Shown piece by piece: positions 39,336 to 50,387 of a stretch of 64,000 nucleotides of DNA (positions within the stretch are counted from its first letter, which is position 1; each line of letters begins with the position of its first letter). The stretch spans positions 57,970,001 through 58,034,000 of the forward strand of contig NW_027361743.1 in the NCBI RefSeq assembly GCF_039654945.1. Direction: 5' to 3'. The position numbers and the translations under genes were made by a program. The notes under the pieces were generated by a model. That model searched no databases. It was not told the DNA's origin and saw only the letters and a list, made by a program, of their open reading frames with translations. The stretch is from Dendrobates tinctorius (lineage: Eukaryota).

Positions 39336-39830
39336 TGTCGGGGTCGTAAACGACAATGAATCCTCATTCACCAGTCATTCCAAATCATTGTGCGAGCGCA
39401 AAACATCTGGTACCGATTAAGAATGACTCAGACACGCAGCTGATTCAGTCTTAGCTAATGTCCTGCATCCACACCTGTCAGGAGCAGTACAACAACTGGC
39501 TTTATTTACAAATACACAATACTATATTGAGTGTTAGGGGAAGGCGTGCATTAGGCGGGGTTTATGCAGTATACATCTAGTGTCCAGTCTCTCTCTGATT
39601 CGTCAAAACGTCTCCCGATGGTTACTTCTTCTTCACATTCCTGAGTTATCTTTTTTTAGGAGAAATGAAACTTAACTTAACTCTTTAGACACTGAATTTA
39701 AGTGAAAGTAAACACTGGCAGCCATCTTTAATACAGTTACATTTGCATTAGCAAGCAATTAGGAAAAACTTATTGTTTCACAGTATAAAAATATAAAAGT
39801 TATATAAGAAAATATATTTTCACCTTGACA
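39336..39830 (-). repeat. ERV 3' LTR (495 bp)
   Basis: Direct repeat of 49069-49557; AATAAA on the minus strand at 39501-39506; preceded on the minus strand by the purine tract TTTAGGGGGGAT (39831-39842). Confidence 0.96.
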
Positions 39831-40005
39831 ATCCCCCCTAAACACTAAGTTTTTCCCTTAATGAAAGATCCTTCGAGACTGTCCATGTGATGGGGAAAGG
39901 GGAGGTGGATTTCTTCATCCAGACACCTCAGAAGCTCTCCCCTAGCGAGAGGCCTCCAGGCAGCTGAACCCTTCACTAACCTCACATGGAGTTCTCCCGC
40001 TGTCC

Positions 40006-41934
40006 CTAAACTAAGTCTCTTAACATCATCTGAGAATGGGGGGTTTTGTCTACTCTCTTGAGGGGAATATACTTAGGGATCTCCCCTAGATCAGTACCAT
40101 CGTACTCTGGTGGGTCTACTTCTTGATTGAGGAAGGTGCCAGTCGGAGTTGCTTTGGCAATAACCTTTTTATACAAGGGAATAACACAACAAAGAGTTAT
40201 TGATCCAATTACAAGGAGGGCAATCAGTACTATACAAGCTTGTTGAAGGAATCCCTTGAGTCCACCCAACCAGCCGGAAAAGAAAGATGTGTCTACTCCA
40301 GCATTAGTTTTCAATTCTGCTGCTAACCCAGTTATCTTTTTAAGGGCTATCATGGTTTTTCCATTCACTCCAGAGTTCTGAGGGATATAGGTACAACACT
40401 CCTCTCCCACCATCCCACAAACTCCTCCTTTCTCAGCTAATATCATATCAAGGGCTAGTCGATTTTGGAGTGTCATTCTAGTGTTAGGGCCCAATTCTTC
40501 AACTATACCTTGGAAGGCATCTTGGCTGAAATTGACAAACCTTTGTTCACTGTAATATATGTAATTGATCCATTCAACATTTTTATTAATCTGCACCTGT
40601 GGGATTATAGAAGCAAAGCCAGCATAGATCTGGTTCTGGGCTTTAAATTGGTCAGGCACCCCCCTTGGCACTCCAATAGCATCAATATATACTAGTGGAT
40701 CTTCTTCATAACTCATATGGAGCTGATCGAGGCTTCTCCTTTTCCTGGTAGGTTCATCAGGTATCTTTGGATCCCAGGGTAGAATCTTGAACTGCATAGC
40801 TAGTTTAACAAGGGTTCATTGGCCTGTCCAGGCATTTGGCAACCTAGGACGGAGCTTACCATCTCCACATAACCAATAAATGTCATACATATATTGTGTA
40901 TGTTTGATTAACAAGTCAGTATCTAGAGAACTATTCTCTTTGCAGAAACCTGTCTCGAAGATCCCTACTGGTGTACCTGTGGTGTCGTGGGAATTATAGC
41001 AGGTGTAATTGTCAGCTAATACAGTTACTTCTCCTGGGACCTTTAGTTTGGGTTCCTTATGAATTAGTGGGACGTAATCTGGGCAATCAGTGGGCTTCAA
41101 ACCTTTCAACAAATTCATGACACAGGCAGTGGTGTTGTCATCAGGGAAAAGCAATGCATGTGTGTATAGGTGTGTATTCGCAGCAGCACAAGCAATACAT
41201 CCTACAGAGATATTCTGGACTTTTACATTGTACCTCACCCATTCTAACCACAAATTTTTCCTTGGGGCTGTTTGTGTTTCTATGGAGAAAACCTCTTGCC
41301 AACTGAGACCTGGAATGGGGATCACTTCATTAACTACATTTTGCAAACGCTCACCTGGGCCTATTTTAGGTGTACTGGTAACGGGGGCCTTGGTTGGTCT
41401 GAAGCTAATATCCTGAAGCCGTATATGGCCTAAATACGCATAAGGTCCAGCACTAAATACATAATTATAATGCCTTCCTAGTACGAACGTCTGCAGATCA
41501 GCAGATTGAGGGCTTTCAAGATTTAGGAGAAGGGGGTGACAGCTTCTACCCCATTTACAGCCCCTAAATGGTTGCAGAAGGGCTGTTAGATGCATTCTCT
41601 CACGAAGACTCCTACCCGTCCCATCCTTGGGGAACATGGCTTCGCTAGGTTTATATCCCCAATCATTCCCCGTACTCCAGGCAGCATCTGTCCAATAATG
41701 ACAATTATTGTTGTCTTGTCTGGTAACACACATATAGAACTGGATGATCCCCTCTACCACCCGTTCAGTCTCAAGGCACTTGACTACATCACAGAAATCA
41801 AATCGCCAGATATTCACCGGGGCTGTCAGGTTCACCCAGAGAATAAAGGGACCAGAATTCTTATTTACAATAGGGGCCGAAGAGGTAGGGGCGAGGATGG
41901 CCCCCAGTCCCAAGGTCAAAAACAACAGCAACAT
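40006..41934 (-). pseudogene. env: ERV env (signal peptide-SU-TM) with one in-frame TGA at 40816-40818
   Basis: Hydrophobic N-terminus; furin site RKRR; ISD LQNRLALDMILAEKGGVC; CX6CC (CGMVGEECC); membrane anchor. The two listed ORFs share a frame, and the stop replaces the Cys of the WTGQC motif. Confidence 0.93.
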
Positions 41935-41956
41935 TTCCCTTCAGTCACTACTGTGA

Positions 41957-44900
41957 CTAAACACTGGTTCGGTCTCTTTTACAGTGTGAAGCGTGAATCC
42001 AGGTGCTCTTTCCTTCAAGTTTTACTGCAGTGGGGGTGACCAGGATCACCGTGTGGGGTCCTTCAAATCTCGGCTGGAGACAATCTCTGCGCACAAACTT
42101 TTTCACATACACCAGGTCTCCTGGCACAAAGTCATGGACCACGTCACCTGTGGATTCTGGAAGAGAAGCAGAAACTGTAGAGTGGGTGTTAGACAGTTCC
42201 TTAGACAATGCAATCACAAATTGTACAACTTTATCATTTGTCTCAGACAACTCTTGTGGCCTAATGTCTCCTATTTTAGGTGGAGCACCAAAAAGAATCT
42301 CAAAGGGAGTCAGGCCGTGTTTTCCCTGTGGGGTGTGTCTGATATGGTATAGGACCACGGGGAGCAAATCTGGCCATGGGAGTGGGTAGTCCTGGCTCAT
42401 TTTAAGCAACTGGGTCTTAATTGTGGAGTTCATTCTCTCAACTTTGGCTGAACTGGAGGGGTGATAGGGGGTGTGCAGACCCAAATCTGTCCCTAACGTG
42501 CCACAATTCCTCGTAGACATCGGCAGTGAAGGCTGGGCCTTGATCTGATTCAACAACTTCGGGAATTCCAAATCTGCACGAAATTTCAGTGATGAGCTTC
42601 TTAGCTGTAGTTTTGGCAGTCATGTTGGTCACTGAGTAGGCTTCGGGCCATCCTGAGAACATATCCACAGCCACTAGGACGTACTCATACTTTCCTGACT
42701 TGGGCATCTGAATATGATCAACCTGGATTCTCTGCCAAGGGTAGTCTGGTTTGGCAAGATGCTGAAGTGGAACCTTGGCGGTGGCTGTTGGGTTACAGAT
42801 GGCACAGACTGGGCAGGCTCTTGAGTAGGCTGTGACAGTGGTAGAGATTCCTGGGGCCCAGTAGAGCTTCTTGATACAGGCCAGAGCTTGGTTCTTTCCT
42901 CGATGAGTTGATCCATGAGCCCATGCTGCAACGGCTGGATACATTCTTTTGGGTAGACAGGGTTTCCCATCCACCTTATAGAGTCTAGGAAATTGGTATT
43001 GTCCGGCAGAACTACGATTCCCATGAATGGCTCCTGCAGCTTCCCACTGCTTCTTTTCTTCTTTAGAGGTCAACTTTTGTTCTTCCCACAATCTCTCTTC
43101 AGGTGGTCGGGCTGGCTTCCAGACAGATCCGGTGGCAGGGTATTCCATTTCCATGTCTTCTATCAACTCCCTCTTCTTTCTTCAGGCTTCGGACTTCTCA
43201 AAGTCTCGTTCTTCTTCTGCTTGGGTAGCTTCTTTGGTTGCCTGTTCTCTTGTTTGTGCTCTGGTAAGCACAGGCATCACAGGTGTATCAGTGCCTTCCC
43301 AACAGGGTTTTTCTGGTGCTGTTTCTTCTTCTTCCCACTTTGCTGAGACATTCTTTATGGCAGCAGCTTTGGCAGCTTGATCTGCGAAATGGTTTCCTCT
43401 AGTCTCCTTCGAATTGACTTTCCCGTGAGCTTTGACCTTGATCACCGCAATTTGTACAGGTAGCTCCAATGCCTTCATCAGGGCTTTAATCCTTAGTGCA
43501 TGTTTAACAGGGGTTCCTGTAGCCGTAATGAACCCTCGGGACTTCCACAGGAATCCAAAATCGTGACAGATTCCATAGCCGTATCTTGAGTCAGTGTAGA
43601 CATTGGCCGTCTTCCCTTCTGCTAGATAACATGCTTGTTGTAGGGCCACAAGTTCGGCTTCTTGAGCCGAAAGGTGAGGTGGCAAGGCTTCAGCCAGAAG
43701 GACTTCTGTTTCAGTGGTGACCGCATATCCAGTGTGGAACTTGCCATAAGAGTCTGCAAATCGAGATCCATCAGTCCATAGTTGCAAATCAGGGTTGAGA
43801 AGTTCTTGAGTTACCACATTTTGTGGTGCAGAGGCTTCTTGTTCCAGTGCTTTTATACAGTCATGCGGGTCATCAGGTGACCTCCCGTCTGGTAAGTCCT
43901 TATACCCGTCAGGGAACTCCCCCCTAGAATGTGGAAGCAAAGTGGCTGGGTTGATGGTAGTACATTTCTGGAAGGTGATGTTGGAGGGCAGAAGTAGAGA
44001 ACACTGAAGTCTGAGATGTCTTTGGCTCGTTAGATGCTTAGGAGATGTTTGTTGGAGGACAGCAGAGAGATCATGTCCAGCTTGAATGACCAAGTCATGA
44101 CCAAGTGCTATGTCAGCAGACTTATCCAGAAGAACATGGGCTGCATGCACAGCCTTGAGACAGGAAGGAGCAGTTCTGGCAACAGGGTCTAGCCTGGCTG
44201 AGTAGTAGGCCAGAGGACGGAAACGATCAGCATGTTTCTGTGCCAGCACACCAGAGGCATGTCCTTCAGATTCTGAAACAAAGAGATGAAACGGCTGAGT
44301 GTAGTCAGGGAGACCCAGAGCAGGGGCGCTGACAACAGCTTCCTTGAGAGCCAGAAAACAGTCCTTTTGCTGAGCATAGATATACGGATTTTCAGCATGA
44401 TCCCAGTCCGGTCCTCCAGTCTTGAGGCAATCATACAAAGTTTGCATGAGTCTTGAAGCATCCGGAATCCACTGTCTGCAGTAGGTAATGAGTCCTAAGA
44501 AAGACTGCATAGCGGAGTATGTCTTTGGATAAGGGATATCCTCGATTGCATGTTTTCTATCCTCGGTGAGGTGTCTCGAGCCTTGAGAGATGCAGTGTCC
44601 GAGGAAGACGACTTTCTCTTTGCACCACTGGACCTTGGCCTTTGAGACTTTGCAGTTGGCAGAATGAAGAAAAAGGAGCAAGGACTCAGAAGCAGCAAAC
44701 AGATTCTCTTCAGTTCCACAGAGGAGTAGGTCATCAACATACTGGAGAAGCGTGACATGAAGATTCTGTAACACCCACGGATCCAGGGTCATCTTCATAG
44801 CATGAGTGAACTGGTTAGGGGAGTTCTGGGCACCCTGTGGTGTCCTGGTCCAGGTCAGCTGAGATCCTTGAAACGTGAAGGCAAATAAAAACTGTGAGTC

Positions 44901-45791
44901 TTCATGAAGCGGGACACTGAAGAAAGCATTAGCCAGGTCAATAACGGTGAAGAGTGTTGCTGAAGTAGGCACTTGAGAAAGCAAGGTGTTTGGGTTGGGT
45001 ACCACAGGAGTTTCCAAGATGGTGGCTGAATTGACTGCTCTGAGGTCCTGTACAAGTCTGTACTTCGGAGGGTCTCCAGGAGCTGTCTTCTTCTTCACTG
45101 GAAACAGGGGTGTGTTACAGGGTGAAACACATCTGATTAGCACTCCAGAATGTAAGAGGGAGGTAATCTGAACTCCAAGGCTCCGCTCTTGGGCAGCCTT
45201 AAGCGGATACTGAGGTAGTCTGGGGTATGGGTGCCCAGGTTTGAGGTGGACTTTTACTGGAGGCACTTTGAGCAGACCCACATCCTCAGGTCCAGTTGAC
45301 CACAGAGTGGTAGGTAGATTGGGCAAATCCGGGGAAGGTGTCGTTTGCAGAGTCATCATCATCAGAGGGAAAGCCTTAAGGACACAACGATCTTCAGTGC
45401 CTTGTTGTGAGGCAGGATCTTGTAATTGCAATTCCATCCCTTGATCACCGAAGATGATGGTAGCGTGAAGCCTTTGAAGGAGGTCAGCTCCTAGAAGGTT
45501 GACGGGGCAGGTTTCAGACACCAGAAATTTGGCAAAGACACCAGAGAATGGGCCAGCTGGGACGGGAACAGTGAGTGGTGATGAGGTTTGTTGACCTTCA
45601 ACTCCAATACATGTGAGGAAATCTGAAGACAGGGAGACTGTAGGAGGCAGCTGAGATGAAGAGATAACAGAGGTGGCCTCCCCAGTGTCCACTAAGAACT
45701 TGAGAGGTTGATTGTCCACTTCCAGGGTCACTGTACCACAAGACGAGGAAGTACAGGTGGCGGGAAAAGTGGGCACCGGTTGGCCTGAACT
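41957..45791 (-). pseudogene. pol: ERV pro-pol (PR-RT-RNase H-IN), in frame with gag; nonsense codon at 43182-43184 and a frameshift near 42500
   Basis: FLVDTGEA; CNTPLFPVKK; YRLVQDLR; PQGAQNSP; YVDD; WTDGS, SAQEAEL and YTDS; integrase HGSTH...CPVC, QVDHI, ESDQG, KVERMN, RFEGPH, WIHASH. Confidence 0.95.
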
Positions 45792-48353
45792 TCATGAGTG
45801 TGGAGGAGGAAGAGGTCTCTGAGGGTGCCCCCTGCGAGGACAACTTCTCATATGACCAGGGCTGGCACACTCCCAACACAGAGGTCTCCCTTGGTCATCA
45901 CGAACTGGTCTGTCCCTGTAGTTTTGGCCCTGGGACCCTCTCGGCCTCAAGCGTGGTGATCCATACCGATCCTGAGCCTGATACACCATAACAGGTACTT
46001 CTGAGGCTTCTGCCATATACATGGCTGGTTTCTTCTTGCCTTTGTCCTTCTGTGCTTCCTTCTCTGCTTCTTTTTCTTCCCTTTGAAGCATTTTCTGATA
46101 ACTCTTCACAACAGTGAGGGCCTGTTTTAGGGGACCATCAGGTAATTCGGGACGAAGCTTCATGACCTTATCCTTCAGTGGATCTTCCAGACCATCAATA
46201 AAAGCACGGACCAACAAGGCTGCCTGCGTCTTCACATGAGTTGAATAACCCAAGTCTTCAAACTGCATAGTTAGTCTGGCAGCGTATTTCTCCACAGCTT
46301 CACCAGATTCTTGTTGTATATCCTGTATTGAGCCTGCTTCGTCACAGAGACGATCCTGGGCCCACTTTGTGAGTTGAGCGATAAACTCCTTTCCAGACTT
46401 GAACTTGTTGAGAGGTCCTGCTTTAGTGGGGTCCAATTCCTTCATGATGGTGGGGAGAAAATATTCGGAGGCTTTGATTGAGGTGATGCCTGATAGATCA
46501 GACCATGTAGCCCCGTAGATGCTCCTAGTCTGTTCCAGTTTCCTTACATACTGCATGGGAAATTTGTCCGGGTCAGGTAACTTGTTAACAATAGCATCAA
46601 TTTGTACCGGAGTGAAGGGTTTGTATTTCAACTTCAGCCCTTCTTCTTCGTCATGTGTCACTGCCTCATCCTTCGGGGCAGTTGGGGGTGCTGTGGGTAT
46701 TACATCATCCAGGGGCTTTATACCTGTGTGCATCAGTGGTATCATGTATTCAGCTACCAAGGGCATGATGCCCTCTAATCCGGATTCATGGTAACAGACG
46801 ATCCTAACTTCTTGTAAATCGAGATCTGGGGTTGATTGGAGACAATTCTTGATGACTTCAACATGTTCCTTCATACAGGGGCCCAGTGGGTATCCAAAGA
46901 GTCCTGAAGATATCAATGGTATAGCCAAAGTTCTACGAGGAAGTGTATCTCTCCCTAGCCGTCCTGCAAAGATAAGCACTGTCTGTAAGGCGGTCTGCAA
47001 TATTGTACGGCAATGCTCGGGTGTCCTGTAATCATATATAGGGCCTGCAGTGTGTAACACTATATCACAGGGCAAATTCCCTCCCTGGGTGGACATAGCG
47101 TCTCCTGGATGCAAGGGGCCATAATTGGTAAGGTAGGCCTGACACTCTTGGGTTATGGCTGGGCCTCCCTTTTTAGCTATCTGTTGGGCCAAACCACCTC
47201 TATGCGACAGGGTAGAGTTAGCTGGGTTCACTATGGCTCCTACCTGGTGGGTAACTATGTCCCCATACCCCACTGAGAAAAGAACCTGGGAGCCCTGAGG
47301 TGTGATGTAATAGCGTGAATGACAGGGGAACCAGATTTCAGGGTCATGGGGCAACCTAGAGGATTTGTTGAGAGGGGTAGGTAGTGGGCTCCTTCCGGGC
47401 CGGGGGGATTCGAACGGACCTAATAGCAGTGGCGGGGCAGGGGGAATTGTAGCAACCTGATTGTCAGAATCTTCTGATCCCTCATCATCTCCGATAGCTT
47501 GGCGCCTCATACGCATTACGGACCGGAAAGCCGTACTGCCGGTCAGGGCATCAAGAGTGAAGGGACCTTGACCAGGTGTATTTACAAATATCACAGTGGG
47601 TTGCACCGGGAGACTAGGCCCAGAGGCCGGAACAGAAACAGGAACATTAGAGGTGAGAACAGCATCGGTCGGTGCCGGAGGTTTCTCAGGAAGTGGTGGT
47701 CCCTGATAGTACTCGCCGGAAAGTGTTACCAGCGGACATAGTGGCTGGGGAGGAATTCCGGGTGCACCAAGATGGCTGCCGGTGGAGGCGTGGCATGCCC
47801 CACTTCCGTCCATGGTCTGGGCGGAACCCCAAGGACGGCCCGCCCCACACACACGGCAGGTTTCCACCCAGGTTGGATTCTGCACGCCACAAACAGGACA
47901 CACCCACGCTTCTGGAGAGCTCGTCTTGTCGCCATTATAGGGCGGTGGTTGGGACTGCATTTTCATCATCAGTGGCACGGCGGCCATTTTACAATCTATA
48001 AGCTCACAGTTCAAAGGCATTTTATAACCAAACACAGGTTCCGCATTGTCTGATCCTCCTTCCCCATCAATCTCTTTCCATCCTTCATTCTTCAAGCCTC
48101 GCGCAACTCGCAGATGAGCTTGTGCTTGTTCTAACAATCCTTTATCTTTCAACATGCCTCGTTTGTTCTCTATGAGATGCCACATAGCCGGCTGTAATCT
48201 CCCTGACGAGGGCAATCCTACATGCTTATACAATCTCTCAACATTCTTGACTGCCTTCTTGCCTTCCCGTGACGCTACTATTGCCTTGACCTCCACAGCA
48301 TCCTCATCTAACTTGTGGGGCACAGACTACTTCTGCTTTAAGATACGCAGCAT
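45792..48353 (-). CDS. gag: ERV Gag with RanBP2-type zinc finger and macrodomain; the ATG at 48353 is followed by an in-frame TAG at codon 9, then 843 open codons from 48323
   Basis: PPPY; WVCPVCGVQNPTWVETCRVC; macrodomain; PTAPPTAP; MHR-like IQQESGEAVEKYAARL; zinc knuckle CWECASPGHMRSC. Confidence 0.9.
46780..47290 (-). other. Macrodomain (ADP-ribose binding / hydrolase fold) within Gag
   Basis: GDIVT, AIVNPAN, SHRGGLA, GNLPC-IVLHTAGP and LAIPLISSGLFGYP occur in canonical order and spacing. Confidence 0.92.
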
Positions 48354-48940
48354 GACTCTCACAGAATACTATGGTTCTCTGCAGAAAAACCACTGGTAGC
48401 GATATCAACACTGATGTTCCACAGTACGGAGCCTCACGTTCAACGTACTAGGAAAAGAGCCTCGCGCTCAATATTTCCTTTCCCTAACCTTGAACAGCAG
48501 TGATTAACAGATTATCCTGCCACGATATTCCAACAGTCGGGAGGCGGTCTCCTAGTGAGAGCCCTCCACAGAAATACAGGTGGTCCCTTCTCGGGACGTC
48601 TTAATTACCTAGCTGGTACAATATCACAGAGGCTGCGTCTCCTATCCCTTCCTCTAGGTTGCCCCACAATCTGCAACTAGCTCAATTTATCACTCCACTT
48701 CACTACTAGACAATAGTCACGGGTAGGGTGGTTGAATGGAGTACAATGACCGGTGGAGGAGGTGTGGTGTACACGAGGACGCGCAGAATGCGACGTCTCT
48801 CAGTTGCTGGTTCAGAGCGTGGCACAGGATCGCACTCAGTCTCACCACTCGACCGGTCACCCCTCAGACCCAAGGAGACCACAGACAAACCAATAACGGC
48901 TGAGACACTAGCAAGTGTGACACATACAGTGTATATGATC

Positions 48941-48950
48941 TCACTTACCG
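48941..48950 (-). promoter_or_regulatory. Candidate major splice donor in the ERV leader
   Basis: CG|GTAAGTGA about 100 nt downstream of the PBS, where an env mRNA donor is expected. Confidence 0.55.
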
Positions 48951-49047
48951 TGTTTTGGAGGGTGATCAGTCCTCGAGGTCAGCCACTACAGGTATCATCC
49001 ACAGACATCCAGGCATGGGTCCAGAGGAGCCTCGGATCACTGTCCAC

Positions 49048-49065
49048 TCCCCCCGTTGGGCTCCA
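49048..49065 (-). promoter_or_regulatory. Primer binding site, tRNA-Lys1,2-like
   Basis: TGGAGCCCAACGGGGGGA versus the canonical TGGCGCCCAACGTGGGGC (15/18), 3 nt inside the 5' LTR. Confidence 0.8.
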
Positions 49066-49068
49066 AAT

Positions 49069-49557
49069 TGTCGGGGTCGTAAACGACAATGAATCCTCAT
49101 TCACCAGTCATTCCAAATCATTGTGCGAGCGCAAAACATCTGGTACCGATTAAGAATGACTCAGACACGCAGCTGATTCAGTCTTAGCTAATGTCCTACA
49201 TCCACACCTGTCAGGAGCAGTACAACAACTGGCTTTATTTACAAATACACAATACTATATTGAGTGTTAGGGGAAGGCGTGCATTAGGCGGGGTTTATGC
49301 AGTATACATCTAGTGTCCAGTCTCTCTCTGATTCGTCAAAACGTCTCCCGACTTCTTCTTCACATTCCTGAGTTATCTTTTTTTAGGAGAAATGAAACTT
49401 AACTTAACTCTTTAGACACTGAATTTAAGTGAAAGTAAACACTGGCAGCCATCTTTAATACAGTTACATTTGCATTAGCAAGCAATTAGGAAAAACTTAT
49501 TGTTTCACAGTATAAAAATATAAAAGTTATATAAGAAAATATTTTTTCACCTTGACA
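49069..49557 (-). repeat. ERV 5' LTR (489 bp)
   Basis: Differs from the 3' LTR by a 6-bp indel (ATGGTT) and two substitutions, by eye. Confidence 0.96.
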
Positions 49558-49561
49558 ATAC

Positions 49562-50387
49562 TACTCTAGCCAAACATTGGGAGCACCCTGAGCAACGCTT
49601 TTCGGGCCGCAGGTATTTGGATGTTCTGTACCCATTTGAGGCTGATTTGCTTTCTAAATGGACCAAAGCCCCTGAAGTGGACCCTCCCGTTTCTCGCATA
49701 GCCTCTAAGACAGTTCTGTCCCTTCCAGATGGTGCATCGCTTAAGGATCCGACGGACAGGCAGTTAGAATCTTTGGCGAAGTCTGTCTTTGAGGCCTCCG
49801 GTGCCTCCGTCTGCCCTATTTTCGCCTCCTCCTGGGTAGCTAAAGTCATTTCGGCTTGGGCAAAAGTTCTTCGCAGGGGCATCTTAGCGGCAGCACCCCA
49901 GGACGAGCTGGCAGATCTAGCAGATCAAATTAATCACGCGGGTAAATACCTTTTAGCCGCCTCCTTAGATGCGGCCGGTTGTGTAGCTAGGGCTAACAGC
50001 AATATAGTAGCTGTACGCCGAGTTCTTTGGTTAAAGTCATGGAATGCGGATACCACCTCAAAAAAGTCGCTCACCAATCTGCCCTTCCATGGTTCTAGGC
50101 TCTTTGGGACCAAGCTGGATCAAATAATTTCCGATGCCACTGGGGGTAAAAGTACTTCTCTCCCCCAGTCTCGACCAAGACGCATTTTTAATAGAAAGGG
50201 TTTTCGGCCCTTTAGGCCTTTTCGTCCGTTCTCGTCCACAGAGAGATCTGTCCAGCAAGAGCGTCCTTCCGCTTCTAGGGAGCGAGAGCAGAAGAAACCT
50301 TCTTACAAGCCCGCTCCCCGCTGGAGATCTAGAGCACAATACTCCAGGTCCTCAGGCGCCCGTTCCGGTAGGTTTGCCTCCAAGTGA
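49562..50387 (+). CDS. DIRS-B ORF1, 3' part (LAP2alpha-C-like gag domain)
   Basis: WTKAPEVDPPV, KDPTDRQLE, RRVLWLKSW and LPFHGSRLFG motifs typical of vertebrate DIRS ORF1. Confidence 0.85.

Larger units (their letters stand above)
39336..49557 (-). mobile_element. Full-length epsilon-like (class I) endogenous retrovirus, LTR-gag-pol-env-LTR, 10222 bp
   Basis: TG...CA LTRs; 4-bp TSD ATAC (39332-35 and 49558-61); PBS and PPT; YVDD RT; gamma-type TM; antisense to KPNA3. Confidence 0.97.

Noticed and set aside
48728-49153. 141-aa + strand ORF as a retroviral antisense accessory gene
   Set aside because: Non-ATG start, no recognisable motif, and it simply reads through the antisense leader and U5; no ORF for a cyclin-like accessory gene was seen in the leader or after env
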